Source: a virus (Duplodnaviria; Caudoviricetes). Taken from it: 64,000 bases of DNA. The notes below the pieces were generated by a model. It ran no database searches, was not told the DNA's origin, and saw only the letters and a list, made by a program, of their open reading frames with translations. Positions 27,898 through 37,391 of the stretch are shown in pieces (the first letter of the stretch is position 1; every line of letters begins with the position of its first letter). Location: IMG/VR virus record IMGVR_UViG_3300018472_000401, positions 1-64,000 of that record. The stretch is one strand, 5' to 3'. The position numbers and the translations under genes were made by a program.

Positions 27898-28196
27898 AAA
27901 CCTACACCGTATATTTCAGCGAACCCGTCTGCCATAAGTATATCGGGGACAGGTTCAACAAGGAATTGAAGAGGTGGGAGTATGATGTTGAGTGCGAAGA
28001 GTGGAACGACACGTTCACTTTCCACTCGCTTACCCCAGCAAAGAAACTTATCAAAGCCAATCTTGATAAGTATAAAGGCTCTTGCATCACAAAGACTTGG
28101 GCTAACGGAGATTGGGAAAACCTTGGGGAAATAAACCTCAACGGCTCTAACAAAACATTCATTGCAAACACCAAGCAAAAGAAAGCAAATTATTGA
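27894..28196 (+). CDS. Hypothetical protein
   Basis: ATGA overlap with the upstream ORF. Confidence 0.65.
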   Translation: MKTYTVYFSEPVCHKYIGDRFNKELKRWEYDVECEEWNDTFTFHSLTPAKKLIKANLDKYKGSCITKTWANGDWENLGEINLNGSNKTFIANTKQKKANY

Positions 28197-28242
28197 TAGG
28201 TCACGCCCGGTCTAACCAGCCGGGCATAACTCCGCAACAACA

Positions 28243-28638
28243 ATGACGGAAAATCAAGCAATGCTCGTGGTAGCCGAACAGACAGCAAAGAAACTGGGCT
28301 ACATCGAAGTAAGCAAGAACTCCCATAACGCCCTCCGGGACAGATTTTGGGGCAACAGGGCGGTGGCTGCAATGGCTGGCAAGCCCGTAGTGATAACAAC
28401 CTGCAAGTACATCCTCCCGATGTTCGAGGAGGACAAGGACGATAGCAAGCGCAGACCCAAAATTGAGATTGATATGTTTTGGGGCAGACCCCGGCTGGGG
28501 ATTGACCTGCCCGATGGAACATTCTGCTGCCTCACTTACCGGGACGGCATCTGTAGTGAGGCGCAAGCATTCGGGGACAAGGGGATTGCCTTTGCAGCCT
28601 CAATCAAAGAGAAAATCGACTATTACATCAACCAATAA
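28243..28638 (+). CDS. Hypothetical protein; sRNA-seed site upstream
   Basis: ORF; CTCCGCAACAAC at 28230-28241. Confidence 0.65.
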   Translation: MTENQAMLVVAEQTAKKLGYIEVSKNSHNALRDRFWGNRAVAAMAGKPVVITTCKYILPMFEEDKDDSKRRPKIEIDMFWGRPRLGIDLPDGTFCCLTYRDGICSEAQAFGDKGIAFAASIKEKIDYYINQ

Positions 28639-28651
28639 ACTCCACAACAAC

Positions 28652-29386
28652 ATGGAAAATAAAGACATCAAAACAATTCAGACAACAAAGGGCGAACTGC
28701 GTTACTACCGTGATTGGGATAGATACGAGGGAGGCATCTGCATGATGAACCCCGTAACGATTAAACGCTACCGGGAAATACAGGATATGCAGCCCGATGC
28801 CGACAAGTGCGGTGTGTTCTTCGCTTTCAGCAACAGCCAGTTTCACGAGGGGTACGACCACCTCGTAGAATTGGGGCATATCAAAAAGGGCGACAAGGTC
28901 GTTCAGACGGGCATAGGCGGTATGTTTGGAACGAAAGAGGGCATCGACAAGTTCCTTGACTTCTATAAGGACAGGAACAAGGAGGTTGCTGCCGAGTGCG
29001 ACCCCCAAGAGGTTTATTTCTACGAGTACAACAACCACGAGAGCATGATTGCTTGGGACGGGGACTTGGAGGCTATCAAACTCATCATCGACCTGTTTGG
29101 CGTTGATGAAGCCCGTAAAATCAAGCGTTACAACGCCTCCGAGAGCATCGAGAACTTGGTGCGCAAACCTATCAAGGTGAGCGGTCTGTACTTCCTGAAT
29201 GACGGGGTAAAGGAAACGCCAAGCAGCGTTTGGTTCAACGACCAATCAGGATTGTGCTACACGATGTATGCCTCTACGTTGTACCCCGTATGCGATGCAG
29301 ACGGCAAGCAATACGTTATGCCGGAACTGGCTGGCGTTTCCGCTTACTATGACGGCAAGGAACTCTACAAATTCTATAACGAATAG
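28652..29386 (+). CDS. Hypothetical protein (true start MENKD at 28652); sRNA-seed site abuts the ATG
   Basis: CTCCACAACAAC at 28640-28651; VFFAFSNSQF..G motif typical of gut phage/ICE proteins. Confidence 0.7.
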   Translation: MENKDIKTIQTTKGELRYYRDWDRYEGGICMMNPVTIKRYREIQDMQPDADKCGVFFAFSNSQFHEGYDHLVELGHIKKGDKVVQTGIGGMFGTKEGIDKFLDFYKDRNKEVAAECDPQEVYFYEYNNHESMIAWDGDLEAIKLIIDLFGVDEARKIKRYNASESIENLVRKPIKVSGLYFLNDGVKETPSSVWFNDQSGLCYTMYASTLYPVCDADGKQYVMPELAGVSAYYDGKELYKFYNE

Positions 29387-29395
29387 GAGGGCATC

Positions 29396-29701
29396 ATGGT
29401 AACAGACGAAAGAATAGAACTTGAAAAGAATGCGCCTTTTGAAGAGATTGGCAAAGACTGGTACGTTCACCTCCTCGAATGTGTACCGCCCGAAAGGTGG
29501 TGCAACCCGTACCGGGAGGGCGGTTGGTTCTTCACGGGCGAACCCCACAGCCACGACTGGGACACTGGGGAAGCATATCACTACCTCTGCTTTGAGTATG
29601 CAGGTAAGTATTATGCAGGATGCAGGAGCATCGGAATGAGAAACGGTGATATTGAGCGTGAAATATCTAAATTCTGCTGCGAGTTAGATTTGGGGGCTTG
29701 A
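29396..29701 (+). CDS. Hypothetical protein
   Basis: LLECVPPERW...FFTGEPHSH motif. Confidence 0.6.
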   Translation: MVTDERIELEKNAPFEEIGKDWYVHLLECVPPERWCNPYREGGWFFTGEPHSHDWDTGEAYHYLCFEYAGKYYAGCRSIGMRNGDIEREISKFCCELDLGA

Positions 29702-29796
29702 TTTAGCCCCTCTCGCACAATATCTACCTTTGAGGCAATAAGTTTATCAACCGCAGGGCAATCGTTGCTTTCGCACAAAATTCAAAGAAAATAACT

Positions 29797-30036
29797 ATGA
29801 GCAATTCAGAATTAAAGAAACAAGCAGAGGAATGGGTAAAGAGTGGCAAACCTTGTATCTACCGCTACGGCTGGGCATACAAAGGAGCAGGAGCAAGAGA
29901 GATAACAACCGAAAAGGCACAGGCATTGCTTCCTCAATACTCTTTCGGTGTGGGCTTCTACGAACTTTCATTCACCAAGCACAACGGACAGGAGGTGCTT
30001 CAATTTAACGAACTTTCCGAAAACGATTTGTACTAA
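29797..30036 (+). CDS. Hypothetical protein
   Basis: ORF preceded by TACCTTTG at 29725-29732. Confidence 0.6.
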   Translation: MSNSELKKQAEEWVKSGKPCIYRYGWAYKGAGAREITTEKAQALLPQYSFGVGFYELSFTKHNGQEVLQFNELSENDLY

Positions 30037-30037
30037 T

Positions 30038-30271
30038 ATGGCAGAGAATGAAACTATCATCAAAGTGAATTTTCACGCCCCGGTAAACGGGAGCAGTGAG
30101 CATTACTTCGGGTCGCTTGCCGCAATATACGATGTATTCACCCCCGAACAGATAGGGTGTCAGTTGGGTACTCTTTGGGACTTCGGGATTTCCGTAGGCA
30201 AACCGAAATTGACCAAGTTCTGCGTGATTTCCAAGCATCGGGTGCATCGTAAACCGCAGAAAAATAAGTAA
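30038..30271 (+). CDS. Small basic hypothetical protein (start MAENE at 30038)
   Basis: HYFGSLAAIY motif, basic C-terminus. Confidence 0.55.
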   Translation: MAENETIIKVNFHAPVNGSSEHYFGSLAAIYDVFTPEQIGCQLGTLWDFGISVGKPKLTKFCVISKHRVHRKPQKNK

Positions 30272-30280
30272 CTTTGCATC

Positions 30281-30502
30281 ATGGAAACTGTATTTGACTA
30301 CAACATCACCCCCGAAGAGTGCCAGTATATCGGCTTGCCCGACAAAGGTTTTTACTTGGAAAACTGCACCAAGGACGATGCCAATATGGATTTGGCTTAC
30401 CTCTTCCATTTACGGAACGAGAGGGAGAAAGCCAGCAGTTACGCTGACAAACTCCCTCTCGAAATGAGAAACGAATTTTGGCGGACGGTCACGCACCCGT
30501 GA
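30281..30502 (+). CDS. Small acidic hypothetical protein, possibly leaderless
   Basis: TAACTTTG at 30269-30276, 4 nt before the ATG; overlaps the 3' end of the MuF gene convergently. Confidence 0.6.
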   Translation: METVFDYNITPEECQYIGLPDKGFYLENCTKDDANMDLAYLFHLRNEREKASSYADKLPLEMRNEFWRTVTHP

Positions 30503-32432
30503 GTATCTTGCCAAACATATCATCAGAATGCCGGAGTGCTTTAATTAGCATTTCGGCTTTTTGTTTCTTTACCCCTTTTCCCACAAGGAACTTCACGATG
30601 CCCTCTGATACGTTCTCGTATGGCTCAACCATTATCAGTTTACTGAAATGTGCGTAAGCCTCCGAACTGGATATGTTCATAGATGCAAGCATTTCATCAA
30701 AATGCCGTACAGACCTGCTATAGCCGTAACCGCTTTTGATGATTTCCTTTTTGTGAGATACGCTGCCGCCAATAGCCCGGAGGAACTTCCCATAGGAGCG
30801 GCGTGCGCAGAACTGGTTTATACACTCCATTGCTGCTGTCAATTCAGGGGTACTCTTGCTCACATCTTTCCAGCCGACAGCCCCTGCGTGGCGTATCTCG
30901 TGCCACAGGCTTTCAATGGCATATTCCTGATTAAATGTCAGAGGCGTTTTCCCGGCAATAGCCCTCATCGCTCCCTTGACCTCGTGGAGAGGGTTAAAAA
31001 CAACCGATTTCCCTTGTGGGTCAATAACATGGTGGTCAGTATTGTATATCTTGATAGTGTTCCCATTCTCTTTGGCATAAGTACCTGTTTTCCTGCTATA
31101 AAAACGCTCGCAACACATCATTGCCCCGTCTTTGGCTTTTGACATCTTCACGGCTTTCAGCCCTCCGTAAAAGTCGCCCGGCTCTGCATCTGCATATTTC
31201 TCAATCATGGTGCGAACCTCTTTTTCAGTGATGAATGTCGGGTCTTTAATCTTGATTATCGCCTCCCTGACATCGGTAATAAGCCCCTTGTTTCCTCCTT
31301 TCGCCATAGAGCCGATGCCGTCCACCCAATCTTTCGGGATATATTTGCCGTTGTCCCTGATGAAGTACGGGACGGAGGTAGTAGTTTTTACACGCTCCCG
31401 GTTGCGTTCAAGCCACGCATTGAAATTCTCCGGCACATCCTTTACCGCCCCCGAAAACTTGTAATTGCTTACATCTTCTCCGGCAAGTATCTTCTGCTGG
31501 TAGTCCAAGAACTCCTCTTCCTTTGCCCGGATAGCGACTGCGGCACACTTGCAAAACGGATGCCAGCCCAGCCAAACAAAGTCTTTCGGATAATCGCCTT
31601 GCAGTTCATCGCAAATGTCATATATCGGGTGGCTGTTGTGGGATATGGAGATACGGATGCCGACAACAAAGGGTATCTGCTTCCACCGCTCGCTGTCTGC
31701 CATACGGTACGCCATGTTGTTTTCCGTAGCGGTAAGCCGGAGGGCGTTCTTGTAACTGGAGCGGTACACGCCCTGTCCAGGGTGGTAGGCTTTCGCTGCC
31801 TTTGACAGACGGAGGACACCGTGCTTGTCCTTGACCCTGCGGAACAACTTGTTTGGCTCATTGAGATACTTGCGGACATCCCTTGAAAGGTCTGCGGCAC
31901 TCTTACCCTCGCCAAGCCCCAAGTCAAGAGCAAGTTCCAGTTCCTCCTTGAACTGCTCCGTGATGTTCCACACCCGGTTGGATAGCATCATCCCGGCTTC
32001 CTTGCGGAGTTGAAAGGCTGATAAAGCCTCCAAATTTGGCTGTTTCCATTGTGAAATTACGTCTTTCGGTAGCCCGGTTGAGGAAGTTATTGCATCAACC
32101 ATAGCATTGTTTTTCTCGCAAGATAAAAGCCATTCCTCACGGTCGCCCGTTTCTATCACTCCTTGCAGCCCACGCCCAACGGAGCGCATGAGGTCGTTTA
32201 TACGCTCCTGCACTGCCGGGTAGTCCGAAAGGTAAAAGGGCTTGTCGGGGTCTTTGAAGCCGGAAGCCTCGCCAATCCGTGCGCCCTCCGTTATGGCAGC
32301 ATCGAACAAGGCATCAATCGCTTTCAGGCGTTTCTTGATGCTGGCGATGTGCTTCTTGTCGAACACCCCGTAACTGAATTTGGTTGCATCTTTCTTTGCC
32401 ATGATTACAGCCTCCTTTTGAATTGTCCGCAT
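30489..32432 (-). CDS. MuF / SPP1 gp7-like minor head protein with C-terminal HExxH extension
   Basis: GWHPFCKC MuF motif; C-terminal WHEIRH...E motif. Confidence 0.8.
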   Translation of the reverse strand: MRTIQKEAVIMAKKDATKFSYGVFDKKHIASIKKRLKAIDALFDAAITEGARIGEASGFKDPDKPFYLSDYPAVQERINDLMRSVGRGLQGVIETGDREEWLLSCEKNNAMVDAITSSTGLPKDVISQWKQPNLEALSAFQLRKEAGMMLSNRVWNITEQFKEELELALDLGLGEGKSAADLSRDVRKYLNEPNKLFRRVKDKHGVLRLSKAAKAYHPGQGVYRSSYKNALRLTATENNMAYRMADSERWKQIPFVVGIRISISHNSHPIYDICDELQGDYPKDFVWLGWHPFCKCAAVAIRAKEEEFLDYQQKILAGEDVSNYKFSGAVKDVPENFNAWLERNRERVKTTTSVPYFIRDNGKYIPKDWVDGIGSMAKGGNKGLITDVREAIIKIKDPTFITEKEVRTMIEKYADAEPGDFYGGLKAVKMSKAKDGAMMCCERFYSRKTGTYAKENGNTIKIYNTDHHVIDPQGKSVVFNPLHEVKGAMRAIAGKTPLTFNQEYAIESLWHEIRHAGAVGWKDVSKSTPELTAAMECINQFCARRSYGKFLRAIGGSVSHKKEIIKSGYGYSRSVRHFDEMLASMNISSSEAYAHFSKLIMVEPYENVSEGIVKFLVGKGVKKQKAEMLIKALRHSDDMFGKILTGA

Positions 32433-32593
32433 CCGTCACGGGTGAGGAAACGGCTGCGCTCCTTATGCAGTTTGCACCGACACAGGAACGGCTTGCCGTT
32501 TGCCCCAATCTCGTGCGGCTCGTAGGAATAGATACATTCCTTGCAGTGAATATCAAGTTTCTTCTTTGCCATGTCCTTATACGGTTGGTTCAT
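32405..32593 (-). CDS. Small Cys-rich protein
   Basis: CxxC...CxC...C pattern, between portal and MuF genes. Confidence 0.5.
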   Translation of the reverse strand: MNQPYKDMAKKKLDIHCKECIYSYEPHEIGANGKPFLCRCKLHKERSRFLTRDGCGQFKRRL

Positions 32594-33956
32594 CGAACAG
32601 GCTCACGGAACTTTCCTGCGCTATCAGTTCCATTTCCTTGTCAATGTCATCTACATAGCCGAGGTTCTGAACTGCGGTGCGCTGGCTCATAATAGGCTTG
32701 CCGCCCGTGGCGTTGGAAAGGTTGCTGATACGCTCTGCCTCGTCCCGTATCTGATACGGGGTAATAACGACCTCAACCTGTAGGCTGTCAATGGCAGCGG
32801 AAAGTGAGGGGTACATCTTCTTCATGAACGCCCGGATAACATTGATTTCACGGTCGAACAACTCCAGCCAAATGCCGCTCTCGTCAGTAACTTTCAACTG
32901 GGCATCAATGAACATCATTTTACGGGCTTCTCCTGACATCGGGGTTGCTTTCATGTTCTCCATAGACATATCCGGGAGTTGAAGCTGCATGAAGAAGTCC
33001 TTTTTGATTTCTCCGACATGGAATTTGATGCTATCAATAGCCTGTTGCCACGTCTTGTACTCTGCCTTGTCGTTCTGCCCGTATTGCAGTACGTTACGCC
33101 CTGCGTTGTCATTGGTTGGCTCTTGCCCAAATTTCACCTTGCCGTCCGAGAACACCACCCAGTTAGGTCTTGCGTTCTTGCGGATGTAGTTGCCGTTGCG
33201 TGAAAGCGTCCATTCGGCTTCATAGACATTGCCTGACTGGTCTTCCCAAATAGGCTCGTCACGGTGGATATATACACCCGTAATCTTGCCCACCTCGATT
33301 TTCTCCCGAAGTTCCTCTACGGTTTCCCCTACGCCCGTGCGCCAACGTATATGCTCGTCAGCGGTGTACGTGTCGAAGTAGGTAATTGTGTTTACCCCCT
33401 CTTTCCTCGTGTACTCAATGGAAAGGGCAATCATATCATCGTACTCGTCAAACAACGGGTACAACTTATCGCCTTTCATCGGTGAGTAGTTCTTGCAGCG
33501 CAACTTCAAAAGGCTCTTCTGTCCGGCATACACGGTTTCCTGTTCCTGCGAGTACCACAGCGTGATTGTTTCGCAGGAGGCAAACAGGCTCTTTCCACGG
33601 TCAATGTTCAGGCTGTCGATGCGGTTCTTTTGGAAGATAGCCTCCATAATCTCCGCAACCTGCTTTTCTTGGTCGTTTTCCGGCTTATAGATGCGCTGCA
33701 CGGGAATGGCGAACATTAGTTCCGTCATGCGCTTTACTGCCAGTTTCTGCAAGCCCAGCGTGTAACGTGTGACCTTTTCAATGCCCCTCTTGGTAACTTT
33801 GTCCTTGTAGGTCTTATCGGTCATTACCGGGTGTTCTTTCGGCTCGTACTCCTTACGGAGCAATGCCCACGGCTTCACCGATACCGTCTTGTACTTCAAA
33901 TCTGAAATGATGCTCTGTGCATTTCTTTCAGGCGATGTAATCTCCTTGATATTCAT
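32577..33956 (-). CDS. Portal protein (SPP1 gp6-like)
   Basis: 459 aa after TerL; MSGEARK and MSQRTA motifs. Confidence 0.85.
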   Translation of the reverse strand: MNIKEITSPERNAQSIISDLKYKTVSVKPWALLRKEYEPKEHPVMTDKTYKDKVTKRGIEKVTRYTLGLQKLAVKRMTELMFAIPVQRIYKPENDQEKQVAEIMEAIFQKNRIDSLNIDRGKSLFASCETITLWYSQEQETVYAGQKSLLKLRCKNYSPMKGDKLYPLFDEYDDMIALSIEYTRKEGVNTITYFDTYTADEHIRWRTGVGETVEELREKIEVGKITGVYIHRDEPIWEDQSGNVYEAEWTLSRNGNYIRKNARPNWVVFSDGKVKFGQEPTNDNAGRNVLQYGQNDKAEYKTWQQAIDSIKFHVGEIKKDFFMQLQLPDMSMENMKATPMSGEARKMMFIDAQLKVTDESGIWLELFDREINVIRAFMKKMYPSLSAAIDSLQVEVVITPYQIRDEAERISNLSNATGGKPIMSQRTAVQNLGYVDDIDKEMELIAQESSVSLFDEPTV

Positions 33957-33968
33957 ATATTTACGTTT

Positions 33969-35579
33969 TTAATAGAGTATATCGTCAATATCTTCATCCC
34001 CGTAATTCGGGAGTGCGTTTACACCAGTCATTTCAACCGCTTTCGGGTGGAACGTGTTAGCCAGTGCATCAAACTCGTCTATGGAGTGTCCCAGCCGCTC
34101 CTTGATGTCTTCTTTCGGCTCGATGATTATCTTGCCATTGGAAAGGAACGACCACTTGATTTCCGTTGCCTCCTCCATGAAGCTGCCGCCCGGTGGGAGC
34201 ATCGCCCCGGTGTTGTTGTCGGGGTTGAGCCAATCCCGGACTGCCCAAAACAGGTACGCCCTCATGTTGGCAAAGGTGTACTGCCCGGTGATGTCCGTTA
34301 GGTCTTTTCCGCTGCTGGTCTTTGCGCCCTCGCTATACTTACAACTGATGATTGTTTCCTCGTCCAGTTTTCCGTTGCTCTCTTGGCATATCTCGACCGC
34401 ACGTGAGTAAACCCCTGCACCCTCTCCAATCGTATCAATAGACACGCTGTAACCGCTGTGTATGGTGATTTCATTCTTGATGCGCCCGGCTACTTTCATG
34501 TGGTCTGCCTTGCCGCCTGAATTGTGCTTGTCGAAACTCTCAACGTAGTTGTCGAAACGCTTACAATACACGGTGCAGTCCCGACCCATACCTGCCACAT
34601 CGACACCGAGAATAGCGTTATTGTGGCTCGTCAGTTTGTAGTGCTTCCAGCGTTCCTGCGCAATCTCTACCCACTTCTGCGGTATCAAGATGTCCTCGTC
34701 CACTTTCGGGAACTCACCGAGAACTTTCTTGCGGAAGAGGTCGGAGGGGCGATACCACTTGCCCTCAAAGCAAAAGTCGTTCTCACTCTCTTTCACTTCC
34801 TCCTCCGTTATCGGCTCGCACCAGTTCTCCACCTTGTCAACGACCCAGTCGTAGTCCACCTGTCCGGGGATGCTGATTTTCTTCTCAACGACATTGGGGG
34901 CTGTCAGGCTGTTCAGGCAGAAACGCTCCCAGCGTGGGGACTTTTGGGAACGGGCGGCATAGCCTACGGTGGTGTTCGGGTTGAATACAAGCAGAAGCCT
35001 CGAATTGCCCTGCAAGTTACCCTCAATAGCCGTGTAGGTATCATCGAGAATACCCGTAGCCTCCGTAACGACAAACATCGTGTTCACGGCATGGAAGCCC
35101 GACCACGCCTCGTGATTGTTCTCGTCAGCCTTAAAGCCCGTCAAGAACCATTCCTCATTGTCTGTGCGGATGTCGTAGGCGTTGAGCCTACCGGGGAGCG
35201 TGAAACCACGCCTCTTTGCACGGTTGAATAGTCTTGAAATTTCAGGCATCATGATGTTTTTTACTTGTCGGTCGGTCGGAGCGGTGAGAGCAACTTTCGT
35301 GTTCTCGACAAGTTCCATTTTGCCGTTGGGATTCTTTTTCCACTTCGGGGTGAGATACAGGAAGCACACAGCGATACAAGCAGCGACAAAATCCTTGCCC
35401 CGTGCCGTACCGCTGCGGACTGATACCAACTTCTTGTGCTGGACGGCTGTAACGATGGCTTGCTGTTCCTCATCCAACGTGACCCCAAGAGCCTCGCTGA
35501 TAAACTTGTTCCAGTCGTTACGCCATTCAGCGAATAGTTTGGCAGCGTTCTTGCGTATCTGTACCTCATTCCTCGCCAT
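33969..35579 (-). CDS. terL: Terminase large subunit
   Basis: SGTARGKDF Walker A, VVTEATG Walker B, GVDVAGMGRD and DEFDAL nuclease motifs. Confidence 0.9.
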   Translation of the reverse strand: MARNEVQIRKNAAKLFAEWRNDWNKFISEALGVTLDEEQQAIVTAVQHKKLVSVRSGTARGKDFVAACIAVCFLYLTPKWKKNPNGKMELVENTKVALTAPTDRQVKNIMMPEISRLFNRAKRRGFTLPGRLNAYDIRTDNEEWFLTGFKADENNHEAWSGFHAVNTMFVVTEATGILDDTYTAIEGNLQGNSRLLLVFNPNTTVGYAARSQKSPRWERFCLNSLTAPNVVEKKISIPGQVDYDWVVDKVENWCEPITEEEVKESENDFCFEGKWYRPSDLFRKKVLGEFPKVDEDILIPQKWVEIAQERWKHYKLTSHNNAILGVDVAGMGRDCTVYCKRFDNYVESFDKHNSGGKADHMKVAGRIKNEITIHSGYSVSIDTIGEGAGVYSRAVEICQESNGKLDEETIISCKYSEGAKTSSGKDLTDITGQYTFANMRAYLFWAVRDWLNPDNNTGAMLPPGGSFMEEATEIKWSFLSNGKIIIEPKEDIKERLGHSIDEFDALANTFHPKAVEMTGVNALPNYGDEDIDDILY

Positions 35580-36132
35580 TTATTGCACTCGTTTCCATAA
35601 GGAGGCTGGCAAATGACAGGTCGCCCGTGACCTCTTTCTTTTCGGGGCTGTAAAGCCCAAGCAACTTGCGCCTCTCCACCAAATTTTTGTGAATGACCTC
35701 CAAATAACGGGGGTCGCCATAGCAAATAACCTCCTCCTTTTGCTGTTCCATTTTCACGGTAACAACACCGCCCTCGCCACTTTCGGCATCACCGCCCGGA
35801 ATACCCTGCTGCTTGGCTTTCTTGCGCTCATAGTCGGTCTTGGATTTCTCCCAAGCCGCCCAAGCCTCCTTAATCACCTCGTCAATGCGTTCCAGTTCCA
35901 GTTGCACGGCAAGGTCGGTGTTGTCAATGCGTGTTTCCCTCCATTCAGCCAGCAAGCGGTTCACGTCCTTGTGAACCGTTTGGAGGCTGTAGGCTTGCAG
36001 GTCTAAACGTGCCATTACTTCCTCCCTGATTTCCCGGTAGGAGTAGCCACGCTTATACAACTGCGCTATGATGTCAAGCCGCACGATTTGCGCCTGACGG
36101 TAATCTTTCATTTTCTTTCCCGGTGCGCCCAT
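35566..36132 (-). CDS. terS: Terminase small subunit
   Basis: N-terminal HTH-like region; overlaps the terL start. Confidence 0.7.
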   Translation of the reverse strand: MGAPGKKMKDYRQAQIVRLDIIAQLYKRGYSYREIREEVMARLDLQAYSLQTVHKDVNRLLAEWRETRIDNTDLAVQLELERIDEVIKEAWAAWEKSKTDYERKKAKQQGIPGGDAESGEGGVVTVKMEQQKEEVICYGDPRYLEVIHKNLVERRKLLGLYSPEKKEVTGDLSFASLLMETSAINGEE

Positions 36133-36135
36133 TGA

Positions 36136-37389
36136 TTAGAATTTTGCTCCGTTGTACTTGTAAACGAGGTTGTCATTCTCGTCCTTGCCGATAGGTGCAA
36201 GTGCGCCCTCGAACAACTTGTAGGGCGACTGCCCTGCTTGTGGGTTGTTCCACAGCCAACGCATATAGTCAGCCATTGTCATACCCTCGAACTTGGCACG
36301 TTTCTCCGATGAATTGCAGTTGTACCCGGTCGCCCTTATCCACTGGAACTGCGACACAAGCCCGTTGATGTCCTTGCAGACATCGTCCCAGCGCACGATG
36401 TGTTCGGGTGAGTTCTTGGCAATCTGCAGAGCCTCGCACCACTGCCCACGTGAGTAGTTCCAGTTGGCAGGAAGCCCACAGCAAGAGCCGTTACAGCACA
36501 ACTCCTTGAAGTGCGCATCGGAAACGTAGAAACGCATACCCAGTTCCTCGCAAAGTTGCTTCATGTTCCGCATAAAAGGCTCTTTGACTTTGCGGTTCAA
36601 TCGGAGATACCCAGTGCTTACGCTGAACTTCTTGTAGAAGTCCATGAAGTCAAAGCCGCACAACTCGTTGAAAGTCGGCATCCATTGTTTCAGGGTCGGG
36701 CTGCGCTGCTCCACGCACATAAATTCCGTACTCATGGCGGTTGCACCACGGTTGGAAGCCTCTCTAATCAAGTCGAGGTATGACGGGGTAGAAATGCCGA
36801 TGATGAACGGACGTAGCCGGAGCGTTGCGCCCCCGGCATCTGCCTCCGCAATCTTGCGGATTGCTTCAAGCCTCTGCATAGGGGTTGGCACACCTCGCTC
36901 AATCACGTGCGCCTTGTGTTCGTCCAGCGTGATGATTGAGAACTTGAAGTTCCAGTTTTTCTGTCCCCGTATGAGTTCCATGTAACGCTCATCCTCCGTG
37001 AACCAGGTAGCCTTGGTTGAGAAGCAGAGAGGGTAGTCAATCTCCTTGAAGAAACGGAGAAGTTCAAGCGTGATGCCGTACTTGCGCTCGAAGCCGTCGA
37101 ACTGGTCGGACAAGCCGCCCCACTGCATAACCTTACGCTGCTTGATGTACTCCTTGAACTGCCCTCCGTACTTGTCGGGGTCGGTGAACATACGCTTGAT
37201 TTTGTCAACCGACACGTGCTTCACGTCTTTGTGCAGATAGTTTTCTTTCGCCCCACCAATCCCTCGCTGGAACTGGGAGAAACAATACATACAGCCAAAT
37301 GAGCAATTCGAGTAGGTGTCGAATGTCATTGGCATAGAGCAATCGGCAATCTCGTTGCTCCATCTTGGACTTTGGTAATAATCAGCCAT
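36136..37389 (-). CDS. Radical SAM enzyme (SplB/spore-photoproduct-lyase-like)
   Basis: CSFGCMYC (CxxxCxxC) motif; extra CCNGSCC cluster near the C-terminus. Confidence 0.85.
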   Translation of the reverse strand: MADYYQSPRWSNEIADCSMPMTFDTYSNCSFGCMYCFSQFQRGIGGAKENYLHKDVKHVSVDKIKRMFTDPDKYGGQFKEYIKQRKVMQWGGLSDQFDGFERKYGITLELLRFFKEIDYPLCFSTKATWFTEDERYMELIRGQKNWNFKFSIITLDEHKAHVIERGVPTPMQRLEAIRKIAEADAGGATLRLRPFIIGISTPSYLDLIREASNRGATAMSTEFMCVEQRSPTLKQWMPTFNELCGFDFMDFYKKFSVSTGYLRLNRKVKEPFMRNMKQLCEELGMRFYVSDAHFKELCCNGSCCGLPANWNYSRGQWCEALQIAKNSPEHIVRWDDVCKDINGLVSQFQWIRATGYNCNSSEKRAKFEGMTMADYMRWLWNNPQAGQSPYKLFEGALAPIGKDENDNLVYKYNGAKF

Positions 37390-37391
37390 AA

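Noticed and set aside
28463-28651. N-terminal extension of the 307-aa ORF
   Set aside because: Overlaps the upstream gene; ATG 28652 follows its stop and the recurring start motif
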